Below are positions 1 through 11,746 of a DNA stretch of 63,860 nucleotides, piece by piece. The stretch is taken from positions 12,710,141 through 12,774,000 of the forward strand of contig CM022676.1 in NCBI GenBank assembly GCA_012295275.1, in the 5' to 3' direction. A program made the translations under genes and the position numbers. How positions within the stretch are numbered: the stretch's first letter is position 1; every line of letters starts with the position of its first letter. This DNA comes from Chrysomallon squamiferum (taxonomy: Eukaryota > Animalia > Mollusca). The notes under the pieces were generated by a model, which did not search any database, was not told the DNA's origin, and worked only from the letters and a program-made list of their open reading frames with translations.

Positions 1-1370
1 ATATTGCACATATATCTATCTCTCAAGCACGTCTATCTCCAGAAGTGAAAGTCTTGTCCCAGTCAAGCACTTATATTCGTTCTTAATGACCTTCAAAAAT
101 TCAAATGCTGACAACAGTAAAAACCTGTTTCCCAAAGTTTTTTTGTGGTCCTAGACTATTGATTTAATTGAAATTAGCCTCCGAAAACTCAAAGCAGAGA
201 ACAGTAAGTTCTTCTTTAAGCGGAAAAAAATTAACTTGATATAGGTCATCTGCCTATGTAAGGCTAAGGGCTTCTTTACATAATATATAATTGCATACAG
301 TCCTCAAAGAACTGCGACAGTGAACTATTAATTCTTACTCATTAATGTTTCTTTGTATTTACAAAGAAATGTATTGTGGGAAACGTTATTTGCAATTTAA
401 ATGTGAGTTAAGAGAACTGTGTGAATTATGTTTTTAAATCTGAATACATACATACATTCATATATAGATAGATAGCTAGATATATAGATATATGCTTATA
501 TATACAGACCTGTACATGTATATTCATTAGAAGAAACTGCTGTAAACGTTTGAATTCCCTGAAAGTTAACCTATTTTATTGATACTTTTCAGTTTTGAAT
601 TATCAAGGTGTATCTGTGTCTGTACATACATACACACAGTCTAAACTCGTCTAACAGTCAGCTGTTCAAAATCTCACCACAAATTCACACAAAAGCATTT
701 CCTTCTTTAAATGAGCTGTTCTGTGCAGTCACTGGTTTATAACCGCCAGCAGCCAATGTTTTTCACTGAAAATAATCAACTGAACCTTCTATAATTGTCA
801 CCGTTTTTACATATTTTAATAGCTTTCCAATGGGGCTAAAAGCAGCCAGAGCCTAATGCTTGCAAAATATTTAACATGGTTTTCACTGTTGAGTGTTTAA
901 AACATCCTGTTTTACATACAGGTTATGAATTCACAGAAAAACTCATGATCAAAGAAACAACAACACTCCGTTTATGAACAAATCTTTATCTTTTTTTCTC
1001 CATGCAATTCATAAAGTTTTTGTCTGTTTGTAAGCCAAATTAACAGAGGTTAAAAAACACTGATTCTGCACTGACTGGCTGAACTCTAACTGTCTACCAC
1101 TAACCAGTTAAAGTGAATGCATATAACATTGGCTGGGACTTTTACTGAGACTAGGATGTCAACAATGACCACTACGTTGGTATCATCCATGTCAGTGGTA
1201 TCCATCATTTTCCCTGAGTCAAACACCTTCGTTATGGCTGTCTTAAGTCTGTGTTTACTCAGATTCCACAAACTTGCATAATTTACGTTAATTTAATAAT
1301 GAAATGTGTTGATTAGATGAAATCACATTATATTGTGAAAAGAATAATTTTCAAGCATTCTTTACCATTT
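1..1370. repeat. Segmental duplication copy 1 (paired with ~36240-37465), last intron of gene A
   Basis: Near-identical direct copy, e.g. cgtctatctccagaagtgaaagtcttgtcccagtcaagcac in both; this copy has ~185 extra bp at ~1052-1237. Confidence 0.95.
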
Positions 1371-2223
1371 TTTGAGCAAAAATAATCATCTCATTGGGGA
1401 GAAAAGTGTAATTAAGAACAACAAAAAAAACAGTAACTTATTTTTATTTTATACTTTGACAAAGAATAGTTTCACACACACAATTAGTTGACATTGTTGT
1501 TCTACATCTGTAATATATATTTTACAAATGTGAAGGTAAGTAAATATAACACAAACAAAAAAATAAGTCAAATATAATATTGCCAATTTTGAGTTCCATT
1601 GCTTTCAACCACAAAGAATCCATGTAAAGATCATCAATAGGCATCTTTGTTTCTCTAGGAGCATTTTTGGAATTTTTTAATTTCTATAAACACAAATCTC
1701 CTTAAACCATTCAAATAACTGACTAAGCAGTTTGGGCCTACAATGACTGAGTACTACAGAGCAGCTGATCATGTAGAAGGAAACAAAAAATTCATTGTTT
1801 TACTGTTCTGATTAGCCTGACAATAAACACAGTTTTTTGTAAACTTATACAAAAATTATTTTATTAAGCTGGATATGATAAATGAAATAATGACAGTACA
1901 CAATGATGTATACAGTAATGATTGCAATTTAGAAACCTATTCAAGCAGGAGTATGAAATTCAAGAAGTATTCATAAACAAACATCAGAATGAAACCTTTG
2001 TTAAATAATTTTATCACATATGTCATGGGCCTGTATCAAATATTACAATTGTATCAGAAAAAAGAATATAGTAGATATTTAAAATTAATATTATGTTTAT
2101 GACAACAGCTTGGTTATGTCATATTGTCTCATTTCACCTTCACAAAACCTTACCTACACACACACTGTATTATTATTATTATTTGAAAGTGGCTCAGTAT
2201 GTACTTACATAAAGAACACCTAC

Positions 2224-2514
2224 CTCGTATAGGAAGAATGAAGAAAGTTGACACATCATTATTAGCTGAACAAACCAAACGTTTCCCGTTGTCTTCTGCA
2301 GTAAAGGTTGTATTTAAAGAACTTCTTGTTACAATACCATAGCCAGCAACAGTCTCAGTGGAGTTAGTAATACCATCTTCTAACTTTATACCATTTAACA
2401 TCCAGGTGATTCTAGCTGGCGGGTAACATGGGTTAGTTGAACAATTCATCTGTGTCAGAATGTTTGGTTCTATTTCAGCTGGTCTAGTTGTTATAGACAC
2501 GTTTGTCAGATTAA
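2224..2514 (-). CDS. Gene A C2-like Ig exon
   Basis: ccctag acceptor, G|gtaggt donor; NCSTNPCYPPARITW...SSLNTTFTAEDNGKRLVCSANN. Confidence 0.88.
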
Positions 2515-2670
2515 CTAGGGAAAACATAATAATTAATGAACAAAAACAAAAACAACTTTAAAATGTTAAAATAAAAGATATTTATATATATAATTAAAGA
2601 ATAAAAATAACAATGAAAAGATAAACAAACTCAAAGAACATTATATTAATTAAAAGTAGTAGTAATAATC

Positions 2671-2708
<38 letters not shown>

Positions 2709-5700
2709 GATGAGATTAAATAATTAATGTCTAATTATTTTACTTTGTTTAGAAAAGATGTTTGGCTAATTTTTTACTTCAAGGTCACTGTCACAGTGCC
2801 AATGCTTAAAGTGCTTGCTATCACGTATAGGTATTTAGAACACTCTGGTCAGTTTTAAACTGTGACAGTAAAAAATACATATACATTATCCACTAGATAA
2901 ATAAAACTAAAAAGAGTGTAGTTTGCATTATTTATTTTAACATGGAAAATATTTTGCAATAATATAAAATACAATAAACACTACTAAATTATATGCAATT
3001 TTGTGGAAACCTGAGTTGAAATAATTTAAGGTGGAATTGGTCATGCTAATTAAAGACAGAATCGGTCACAGAAGAATCAAGTTATTAAATGAGGCTGCCA
3101 AATGCAGTTAAAAGTTGTTTATTTACTGATTATAATTATTAATATTTGTCATTATTTCAACTTTTCTCTATTTTACATATACAGACTAAAATATCTCAAG
3201 ATTAGTCTATAAAAATTACTACATTAATAAAATACCTAGATTTAGTATATGTAAAAGAAATGCATCTAAGGAAAAAAACAGTTTTGGACTTTTGTACTTT
3301 TCACAAAACCTGTCCAAATGAAATTAAATTATGTAACTACTGCTATTGAGTAGAAAATTATCATGACTTTTTTTTTTTTCAGTTTTATTAATATGGACAA
3401 TACCCACTAAACATTTAAAAGTTGAACCTTGAATGCATCTAAACTTAGATTACATTATTAAACAAGTAGGATGGAAAATCTGCTTGTGTTGTGACCAAAC
3501 CTTACTTCTTTATTCTTTATATTTCATATCATTTTATATTTCATAAAAGTATTAGTATATTTTATGTTAACAAACATTTTTGTAAGACAAATGCACATAG
3601 ATTTAAAAAGAATAAATAAAAAGAAAATAATAATTAATAAGAAGAAAAATAAAAAAAATCTATTTTGATATATTTATGAAATAAAGTATTCATACCATAA
3701 ATTTCTATAGTTAGCATGTTACTGCTAATTCCTCCATATTCACCCTGACATGTCCATGCTACTCCATGTTCACTGAAGTTGATATTATTTATTGTCAAGT
3801 CAAATATAATTCCTCCATTACATGAAACAATATACTGCGATGGAACTTTTCCACTGCAACTTGTCCCTGAATCTTGTGTCGCTGCGTAGCTTATACGTTC
3901 CCGTACCCAGTTTATTGCACTCACTGTAGTGGTTGTATTACATATAAGGGTTACTGAAGATCCACTATAAACCTTTTCTTTAGACTGTGTCAAGATATAC
4001 TCTCCTGAAATAAATGAGTAAATACATGTGTACTACAAGCATTCACATATATGAATATTATATTACATATATTTATTTATTTATTAAATTGTCAAGGAAG
4101 AGTACAGTTGTTTTCTTTCAGTTTTTTTTATTTATTTATTTTTTTTTTTTTCAGATGAACTACCAACTGTCTTTGGATCAGATTTTATAACTGGACATTC
4201 CTAAGATCTTGATAAGTAGACAGCTGCATTTGGAAGAGGGATGATAAATGCATAACAGTGAATTCTGTTATGGCTTATCACTGATAGAACATCAGTGACA
4301 TAAAACGATTTACCAATAAAATCTTTACCAAAGGCATTAATTATGAAGTCTAAGAAACCTGAAAGAAGATTTCCAAATCTTTCAAGGGCTGAATTAATCT
4401 TCAGTCCTGTTTTTTTATTTAGCAGTGACCTATTATTGAGAAATGTTGCCACTGACAAATTTTCCAGATGCATTTGTTTTCTTTTTCTTTTTCTTACCAG
4501 AGTGAAAAAATTAAAATTAATTATGCAATCATGTAACCAGTTCTAAGTTTAATAAATAAAATGAAGACTAAAAATATTTTTACTATAGTTTTAATTCACT
4601 CTGATTTAAGAACTTAGATACAAAAGAATGGGGACTGTCTTGGGAGCATGTTTGACATAGGCAACATATGGATGTTAGCTCCAAGGAAGTTCTGCACAAT
4701 TTAAAATGGGGTCATGCTACAAAAAGCACTTTGTCACTGTTGAAAAAATAGTAAATAATCAGACAAAAATATCATCCTTAATTCACGAGCCCTAAGTTAA
4801 TTCACACCATCTATGTATTATGATGCTTGCCTTGTTCGCCAGGTATCAGTCTAATAACTGGATGGTGTGAGGTAACTTAGTGTGTACTAAGGATGGTGAT
4901 ATATGACATTTATTCTGTTTTCATTCTTCAGATGTCTGAACCATTTTCATACCTCAGTGCACATGTAGTTTTGGCTTACCTTACTTTTATGCATCTTCTC
5001 TTGGTCTGAAATTTCACTTTTAAAGTAGTCAAATTTCTTTTGGCTTTCGTTTTCTATCAGTTTTTGTTTTTCATTACAATGAAGTCAACCGTGTGACCAA
5101 CTTACATAAAGCATTTATTTAGGTTTGTCAGATTAACAAAGGCAAAAAAAAGTATTCTATGGATCAAATGTGCAGTCAACAATTTCTACAGAACAGCATT
5201 AATTTGTGTATGTGTATATATCTGTATCTATCTATCTATACATGCATTGCCGTCAGCATTGTTCACAGCTTATTTGTTTAATTACTATAAAGCAACTTCA
5301 TTTTAATACATCAATCAGTAACACCCGTTACTAAAATCATCCTGTTACTCATGAGAATTGTTATTTTAGATACTAAAAAACTGGGTTGAACAACTGAACT
5401 GTTGTGGCATCCTGAAGTCAATGTATGCTTTAAGAAATATTTCTGATAAAATGTACATATATAATTTAAAGCAGGATGCTTAGTAAAGAATTTTCAACTA
5501 CAATGAAAGTCATCTAAACTGGGCATTTGTGATATTTGTGTAAGTTAAATCAGAGAGAATCATCTGAGGAGCAGTTTATCATTATCAACTCAGTTGACTT
5601 GTTTTCTGGGGTAAGATTTACACTAAAGTGACATATCAGGATGAACGTATGTATCCAGTTTTTAAGTTTTTCAGAAATTAAAGATTAAGCAAAATAATAC

Positions 5701-5764
5701 ACTCACCTAAAACTACTTTCATGAGAGTAGTCAATACAAATAGAAGGACAACTTTCATTTCCAT
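2224..5764 (-). CDS. Gene A: small IgSF surface protein (signal peptide + V-like Ig + C2-like Ig, probably GPI-anchored); coding exons 5764-5707, 4004-3696, 2514-2224; continues past position 1
   Basis: Three exons with AG/GT boundaries and compatible phase-1 junctions (58, 309, 291 nt), no stops. Ig motifs VTLIC..W..WTC and MNC..PPARITW..DNGKRLVC. Confidence 0.85.
3696..4004 (-). CDS. Gene A V-like Ig exon
   Basis: tttcag acceptor, G|gtatga donor; GEYILTQSKEKVYSGSSVTLIC...INWVR...FDLTINNI...WTCQG; extra Cys pair. Confidence 0.88.
5707..5764 (-). CDS. Gene A signal-peptide exon (MEMKVVLLFVLTTLMKVVLG)
   Basis: Poly-T acceptor ...gcag before 5776, ATG at 5764, hydrophobic peptide, donor G|gtgagt, phase 1. 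Confidence 0.8.
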
Positions 5765-7390
5765 AGTGTACAGAAACTGCAAAAAAAAAAAAAAAAAAAA
5801 AAATAGGAAGAAAGAAAAACACCATTAAATAGGTTTTATACCATCATTGTAATAATTCACTACTGTTTTATTCATACAAATTAATTTGAATATAAAAACA
5901 GTGTCAAGATGTTTTATTCCCTTTTTGTACAGTTAAATGTTATTTTACAATTGACAGTATACTGAACTCCTTTATTTGTGGTTGCAGATAGTCAGAGAAG
6001 AACAGTTGCTTACTGAAAGAAAAAAAAAGGTTTATATAAACTAGGCTATCACCCACATGAATGTTAGTAACTGCAGAAATCACTAGGTGGACATTTCATC
6101 CTTTAAAAACAAACAAGAGTGGTATAAACATACCATTAAAACCTATTATGAGAAACCTATGCAATGAAATAAAATTATTAACTATGTTAGAATAAAATTA
6201 ATTATGAATCAATAAAACTATGTTGGCACAATTACATCTGGTACACATCGTCTTTATCCAGCCATATTTATTCAAGTTGATTGTCAGTGCATTCCTTTAT
6301 TGAAACATATTAAATAAAAGTATTAAATGCTCTGAGTAACTGGATTGAAGAATGATCAGCAGTGAAAAGGAAACACCTTTTCTTTTGTAAAGCATGTGAT
6401 CTTATCTATCATGATGACTTTTTTTTTTCATAGAAATCTTTATCTTTCAATATCTAAAACCAATGCCATCATAAAAAGAAATAATAAATTTTGAATCTTA
6501 GAATAATTAAGAACAAAAATAATTTCATTTGTTATATTGCGCTAAATCTGCTACTTAATATAGTCACTAGAAAGAAGCATCAATTTTAAATATAAAACTG
6601 AAAACAGAGGCTGAACTATTAACATATAAATATTTAAACTAATACTTTTATAACATCAAAAGAGAAAAAAAACGAAAGAAAGGTAATTGTTTCAAGCTTT
6701 TATCCTTAAACATTTGATCAAACAAATTCTATACTTAATTTAAGATTATATGAGATATAATTACACTGGATGTATTATATAATTTTAAAGTTTGTTTCTA
6801 ATTATTTTTAAGTTGATATTGTTTGTAAGCAATCAAATTATCCATAAAATAACGTAACAAATGTACTTCATACTTCACATTTTTTCCCAGTATACACAAC
6901 AAAAATGTGTGTGTGTGTGTTGAATTAAATTTAAAAACAGAAGAAATATGCATTTACTTTGTGAGAAAGTCTCATCAGCAACTGTCACAGTATAAGTATG
7001 ACATTCACATTGTTAATTATAGACTTATAGATATATATAACAAAACCTATCTCTATTTTATTTAACAGAAATGAAAATGAGTTGAATCATTACTTGTCGA
7101 CTCTTATTGGTCATTAGTGGGTCCCTTGTGGTTACAGTTTTCATAATCATTACAGGGTTGCTACTTTTAACGTATTTAATTTTCTGACTAAAGCTATGTA
7201 ACATATTTTAACAAATAGCATAGCATAGCACAATCTATTTTCGTTCACTTATTTTTTAAACTGTATTTTAAAATAAATACAACTGAAACAAATGTCAAGA
7301 ACACCCTCACCCAAAACACACACAAACACATACGAAATAAATTTTAAAAATAATAAGCAGCTCTTAAAATAAACAAACGAAGACACTTAC

Positions 7391-7680
7391 CAAAATCTAT
7401 CTTTCGTTTAGTAACTCTGCCTAAACAAGGAAATGTGATGGACGAGTCGAATATTATGGCAGGGGATCACAATTACGGCAATCAGATCTCATAGCTTCAT
7501 AAATAATGCCTTGATCAAGCAAGGATATTAAAGGAATAATATGTAGGCCAGTATATATGCGTTATGCACTCGAAGTGTCTGTGCGCGCGCGGGCATATAT
7601 AGATACAGCTACAAATAAGTGAAAAAATCGTACATTTTGCAGTTATCCGAATTGACGATGTCCTTGCTAGCCCTTGTATC
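7391..7680 (-). promoter_or_regulatory. Putative non-coding first exon/promoter of gene A
   Basis: Strong minus-strand donor (ttg|gtaagt at 7390) next to a locally CpG-enriched stretch (e.g. gcgcgcgcgg near 7583). Confidence 0.4.
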
Positions 7681-8074
7681 CAGTTGGGTTTAGGGCCTCC
7701 AGAACTAGTGACTTAGTTTGACTTAGTATGTATATTTTCTCCGTTATTTCTCTTTTCAGTTTTTCCTTTTGCCATTCTTGAACAATTTTTAATTTTTCAA
7801 CAGAAACTATCTTTACAGAATCATCAAGAAAAAGAGGGAAAAGAAAACGAAAAAAAAAAAAAAATAAAATAATAATAAAAAAACAAATACAAAAAAAAAA
7901 CAATAAATAAATTAAAAAAACCCCAAAAACAAGGATGAATAAAATAAATAATAATAATGAATGTAAATGCTTGTCTCTCCAAAAACTGAACTGTAGAACA
8001 AACTGCAAAATAACCTCAAATTCTGTCGCGAACCAACAGCTATTCATTGATATAGCAGTAGCGAAAAGCATCTG

Positions 8075-8084
8075 TTATTATTAA

Positions 8085-8142
<58 letters not shown>
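8075..8142. repeat. (TAT)n microsatellite
   Basis: Direct reading. Confidence 0.95.
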
Positions 8143-8409
8143 TACTGTCATTCATACATACGTTATTTTTATCAAGCAAAGCGTCCCATGTTTTGTTTTT
8201 AAATGTTATTGACTACATTTAGTTTGAGTTGTTTGATACGGACGGAGTTGCAAGGGTTAGGAAAAAATGGTACATTCTCATGCTCCGGTATGAATGCTGC
8301 AGAATTTTTAATACCTACACTGGAAAAGAAAGCAGGAATTGAAGAAAGAAAGAAAGAAAGAAAGAAAAAATACCAACAACAAAAACAAATACAAACATAT
8401 AAACACAAA

Positions 8410-8441
<32 letters not shown>

Positions 8442-8453
8442 AATTATAAAACA

Positions 8454-8588
8454 ACCTGTAATTCTACAATTACTCTACAAAATAATAGCTCATTAGTTAC
8501 ACTTTTATTCCACGTAATCTGTCATAATGTGGAATAAAAGTTTAACTGAAGAGTTATTATTTAGTAGAGTAATTGTAGATCTACAGGT
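8454..8588. repeat. ~135-bp imperfect palindrome (fold-back/MITE-like)
   Basis: acctgtaattctacaattactctac...cttttattccac pairs with gtggaataaaag...gtagagtaattgtagatctacaggt; flanked by (AAAT)n and T-rich tracts. Confidence 0.75.
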
Positions 8589-8702
8589 ATTTTATTATTA
8601 TTATTTTTATTTTTATTTATTAATTTTTTGATTTGAGCAATAAATAAATAAAATGATGTTTCATGGTACAAACTGGATAACGTTATTTGAAACTCGCGAA
8701 TT

Positions 8703-8968
8703 ATTTCGTCCTATTGGATGGATGGAAAACTCTTTTTACGTGCCCACGTCCTATTCAAGGTTCGGGCACGCCTATCACGGATCCGATCTCTGGGATCGCC
8801 AAGGATGGGTTCCGGGACAGGATTTCGTCCTATTGGATGGATGGAGAACTCTTTTTACGTGCCCACGTCCAGTTCAAGGTTCGGGCACGTTTCGTCCTAT
8901 TGGTTGGTTGGAGAACTCTTTTTACGTGCCCACGTCCAATTCAAGGTTCGGGTACCACTTCGTCCTAT
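8703..8968. repeat. ~67-bp CpG-rich tandem repeat, 3 full units + partial, with a ~51-bp insert after unit 1
   Basis: Unit tttcgtcctattggatggatggagaactctttttacgtgcccacgtccagttcaaggttcgggcacg starts near 8704, 8823, 8890; partial at ~8958. Confidence 0.92.
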
Positions 8969-9009
8969 TTTGTTATTCACAATTCGTAGCGCCTTTTATA
9001 CATTTCCTC

Positions 9010-9134
9010 TAAGGTGATGTTGCCTGAGACTGCCTACCCCTTTTGAGGATATGAACTTTTCCAATCTGCTTCCGTTGAATGCAAACTTAATGAGAGGGGA
9101 AAATAACAACAGAAAATGTGCGCGTTGTGTGAAG
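9010..9134 (+). promoter_or_regulatory. Possible non-coding first exon of gene B
   Basis: Donor-like gaag|gtgaga at 9135 just downstream of the CpG-rich repeat. B's signal-peptide exon has an acceptor only 4 nt before its ATG, so an upstream exon is required. Confidence 0.3.
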
Positions 9135-9299
9135 GTGAGATTTTATTTTAAAATCACAGAAGTAGTGAAATATTTGTATTATTTATTTATTTATTGTTTT
9201 TGCTTGTATGAACAGCATATTTATAATTTAAATGTATGATGATGTAATAATAATAATAATAATAATATAAAGAAACGAAGAATTATAATCATAATGGTT

Positions 9300-9866
9300 T
9301 CAAATCATTGTTTTACAACAACGTACTGTCCGATATGAACTTTGGGCAGAGTAAGTTTTTAAATATTACGTTAATCATCCATGTAGAATTGATTGCATCA
9401 CGAAAGAATATATGTTTAAAAGTTTGTAAAAACTGACTGGCGGCTAACGTCGCTATTTTGAATTTTGATCGGAAATGTCCGTGTACACTCGGAAACAGTC
9501 ACATCGGGTTTTTAGGCTTGCAGATACAACAATTTTACGTCTATTTCAGCATTTTTTTTTTTTTTTTTATGATAATGATTTACATTAATAAAGTTATGGA
9601 TGCTGTTCAGTGTTCATATTACAAAACCATGACGTAGAGAACCTCTCCTAATATTTAAAACTTTTAAAACTAATAAACTGCAATTATAATTTTTTATAAG
9701 ATCAATATATTATCTTTACTAGTTGACAGTGTAACCCGTGTCAGAACCATCAGAAAAGAAAATTCAGGCGTAGTTTGTACCCATTAAACTGGAGAAATAT
9801 GCAGCCATTTGTTTAACAGACAGAATTTATGTTGGTACGATTTATTGTTCCTGTTGGTCCATGCTA
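9300..9866 (-). mobile_element. Degenerate non-autonomous DNA element (homologous to 49280-49800, opposite orientation)
   Basis: ttcctgttggtccatgcta matches the reverse complement of tagcatgggccaacaggaa; further shared blocks (tagaattgattgcat; gatcggaaat). TAG terminus. Confidence 0.6.
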
Positions 9867-11175
9867 TCTTTACTGAGTTTAGAATTTATTTAATTTCAGT
9901 GACTTTTACAATTTACATTAACAATAATTAGCAGTTATTTTAGTATTTAGTGTTTTGAACACACACACACACACTTCAATTATGATTTCTTGTCAGTTTT
10001 CAACTTTGTAATCATACAACTTAATGGTTGCAGTGGCATTAAGTTTAACTTTAAATTCCTTAATATGAATTTTGCGAATCTTGCACTTTGGTGTACATAA
10101 CATTTTTGATCAGAGGTGTTATCCTGTTTTTCAACAATGTTTTGTTTTACTAGTTAAAGTAGTTTTGATATAAAAAAGTTACAAATCCTGTGTTGGTTCT
10201 CAAACTTGTCACACTACAAGATTTTATATCTTTTAGAGTTGCTTTTTGAATATGGATTGGATCCTTTGCCCTGAACTAGTTTTATATTTCTGCAGTTCAT
10301 GGCAAAATATCCTCACTGTTTAAATAATTATTGAAACAAAAATTAAGGTACTATTGCAGTTTATCTTTGCAGAGGTTTTCGCTATTTTTTTCATCAACAT
10401 TTTATTTTTATTTATTTATTTTGTCATGAAAAAATGAAATGAATATTCATCTATTACTGGTTGCTTGCCAGTGCTCTATATAAAACTGTCTAAAATACTT
10501 TGGCTTCTCTTGACAGATGGAGTCAGGTTCTAACCCTGTTCTCATTCACTTGTGTTCATGCATACATTTTTTTCTTCTTAAAACCAGTGTTAAAACACTG
10601 AATAAATATAGCTGTGATTCATTAATAAAATTGTAAAACAAAAATATAAGAAACGTAGAAAAAAGAACTAAAGCAAACATATCACAAAAGAAGACACTGA
10701 AAAACAGTTGACTGAGTGGAAGAGCATTAAATCAAGTATCTACCTAGTTAATTTGACAAATAACAATGAACTTAGAATCTTAATTTGACTGTTCTCAATT
10801 TGCAGTAAAAGTGGAATAACAACATGTATATTTACCAATGCCTTTGTTGATAAGACATAGATCTAAAATGATAGATTACCATTTACGTTAGTATAGTTAA
10901 GAGACTATAACAACTTAACATTTGCAGAAAGATTTATTTGATGGGATTACTCTGAAAAGGGTGTGCACTTAAGAAAGAATCAAGATTATATATTTTATTA
11001 ATTTTAAAATATGGAAATTATTTTATTTGTATTTTCATTTTCACTCTGTCTATGCATCACACTAACTTATTCATTGACTACAGTATTCCAAACAGCAAAT
11101 AATAATGTTTGATTTTATTTACCAGCAAATTATCTGAATCACTCATTCTTTGAGACCAACAGATCAAATAATTTT

Positions 11176-11746
11176 GGGTCATTCCATGTCAAATCCCCCC
11201 CCCCAAAAAAAAGATTTAAACCTGACCGTCTATACTTGTTGACTGGGATCCCACAGCACCAAATCTGAAATTTTAGCCCAATCGGACCAGTGGTGTGGGA
11301 TATGCCCCCCCCCCCCAAATTTTGAGATTTTTGGCAAATATGTTTTAGTTAATATGTGGGAGATTAAATTTCAATAAAGGTCATCTCAAGGTCACGTGAT
11401 CCACACGGTAAATTTCAAGGTCATAACAAAGGTCAAACAGTCACCCCCAGATTTTCCAAACTGAACAATAATGGCAGATTTGGAATCCTTGTCATATTGC
11501 CTTTTCAACAATACCAATTTTATGAAGATTGGCCCAGTAGTTCCTGAGATATGAGGGTTCAAAGGTTGGTGGTCATGTCCATTTTTGTCAAAAATCTCAA
11601 AATTTGGGGGGGTTATATCTCCCACACCACTTGTCCAATTGGCCTAAAATTTGAGATCTGGTGCTGTGGGATCCCAGTCAACAAGTGTCATAAAAATCTG
11701 AGACGGTTGGGTTTAACCCATTGGGTGATTTGACACAGAATGACCC
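11176..11746. mobile_element. Full-length MITE with GGGTCATTCC..GAATGACCC termini and long subterminal inverted arms (PIF/Harbinger/ISL2EU-like ends)
   Basis: TIR gggtcattccatgtcaaat / atttgacacagaatgaccc; internal arms ttgactgggatcccacagcacca / tggtgctgtgggatcccagtcaa; related copies elsewhere in window. Confidence 0.85.

Noticed and set aside
1086-1271. 61-aa ORF as a gene A exon
   Set aside because: No convincing splice signals, and most of it is absent from the duplicated copy.
4155-4546. Overlapping ORFs and an acceptor-like site in a gene A intron
   Set aside because: No recognisable motif and stops in the acceptor frame; possibly an unidentifiable TE relic.
7667-8412. Hydrophobic F/I-rich ORFs resembling membrane proteins
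   Set aside because: Antisense readings of A-rich low-complexity DNA; no splice or domain support.
8653-9017. Three overlapping ORFs and a repeat-spacer-repeat look (CRISPR-like)
   Set aside because: The ORFs arise from a repeat whose unit is not a multiple of 3; units are too long, there is only one insert, no cas genes, and the context is eukaryotic.
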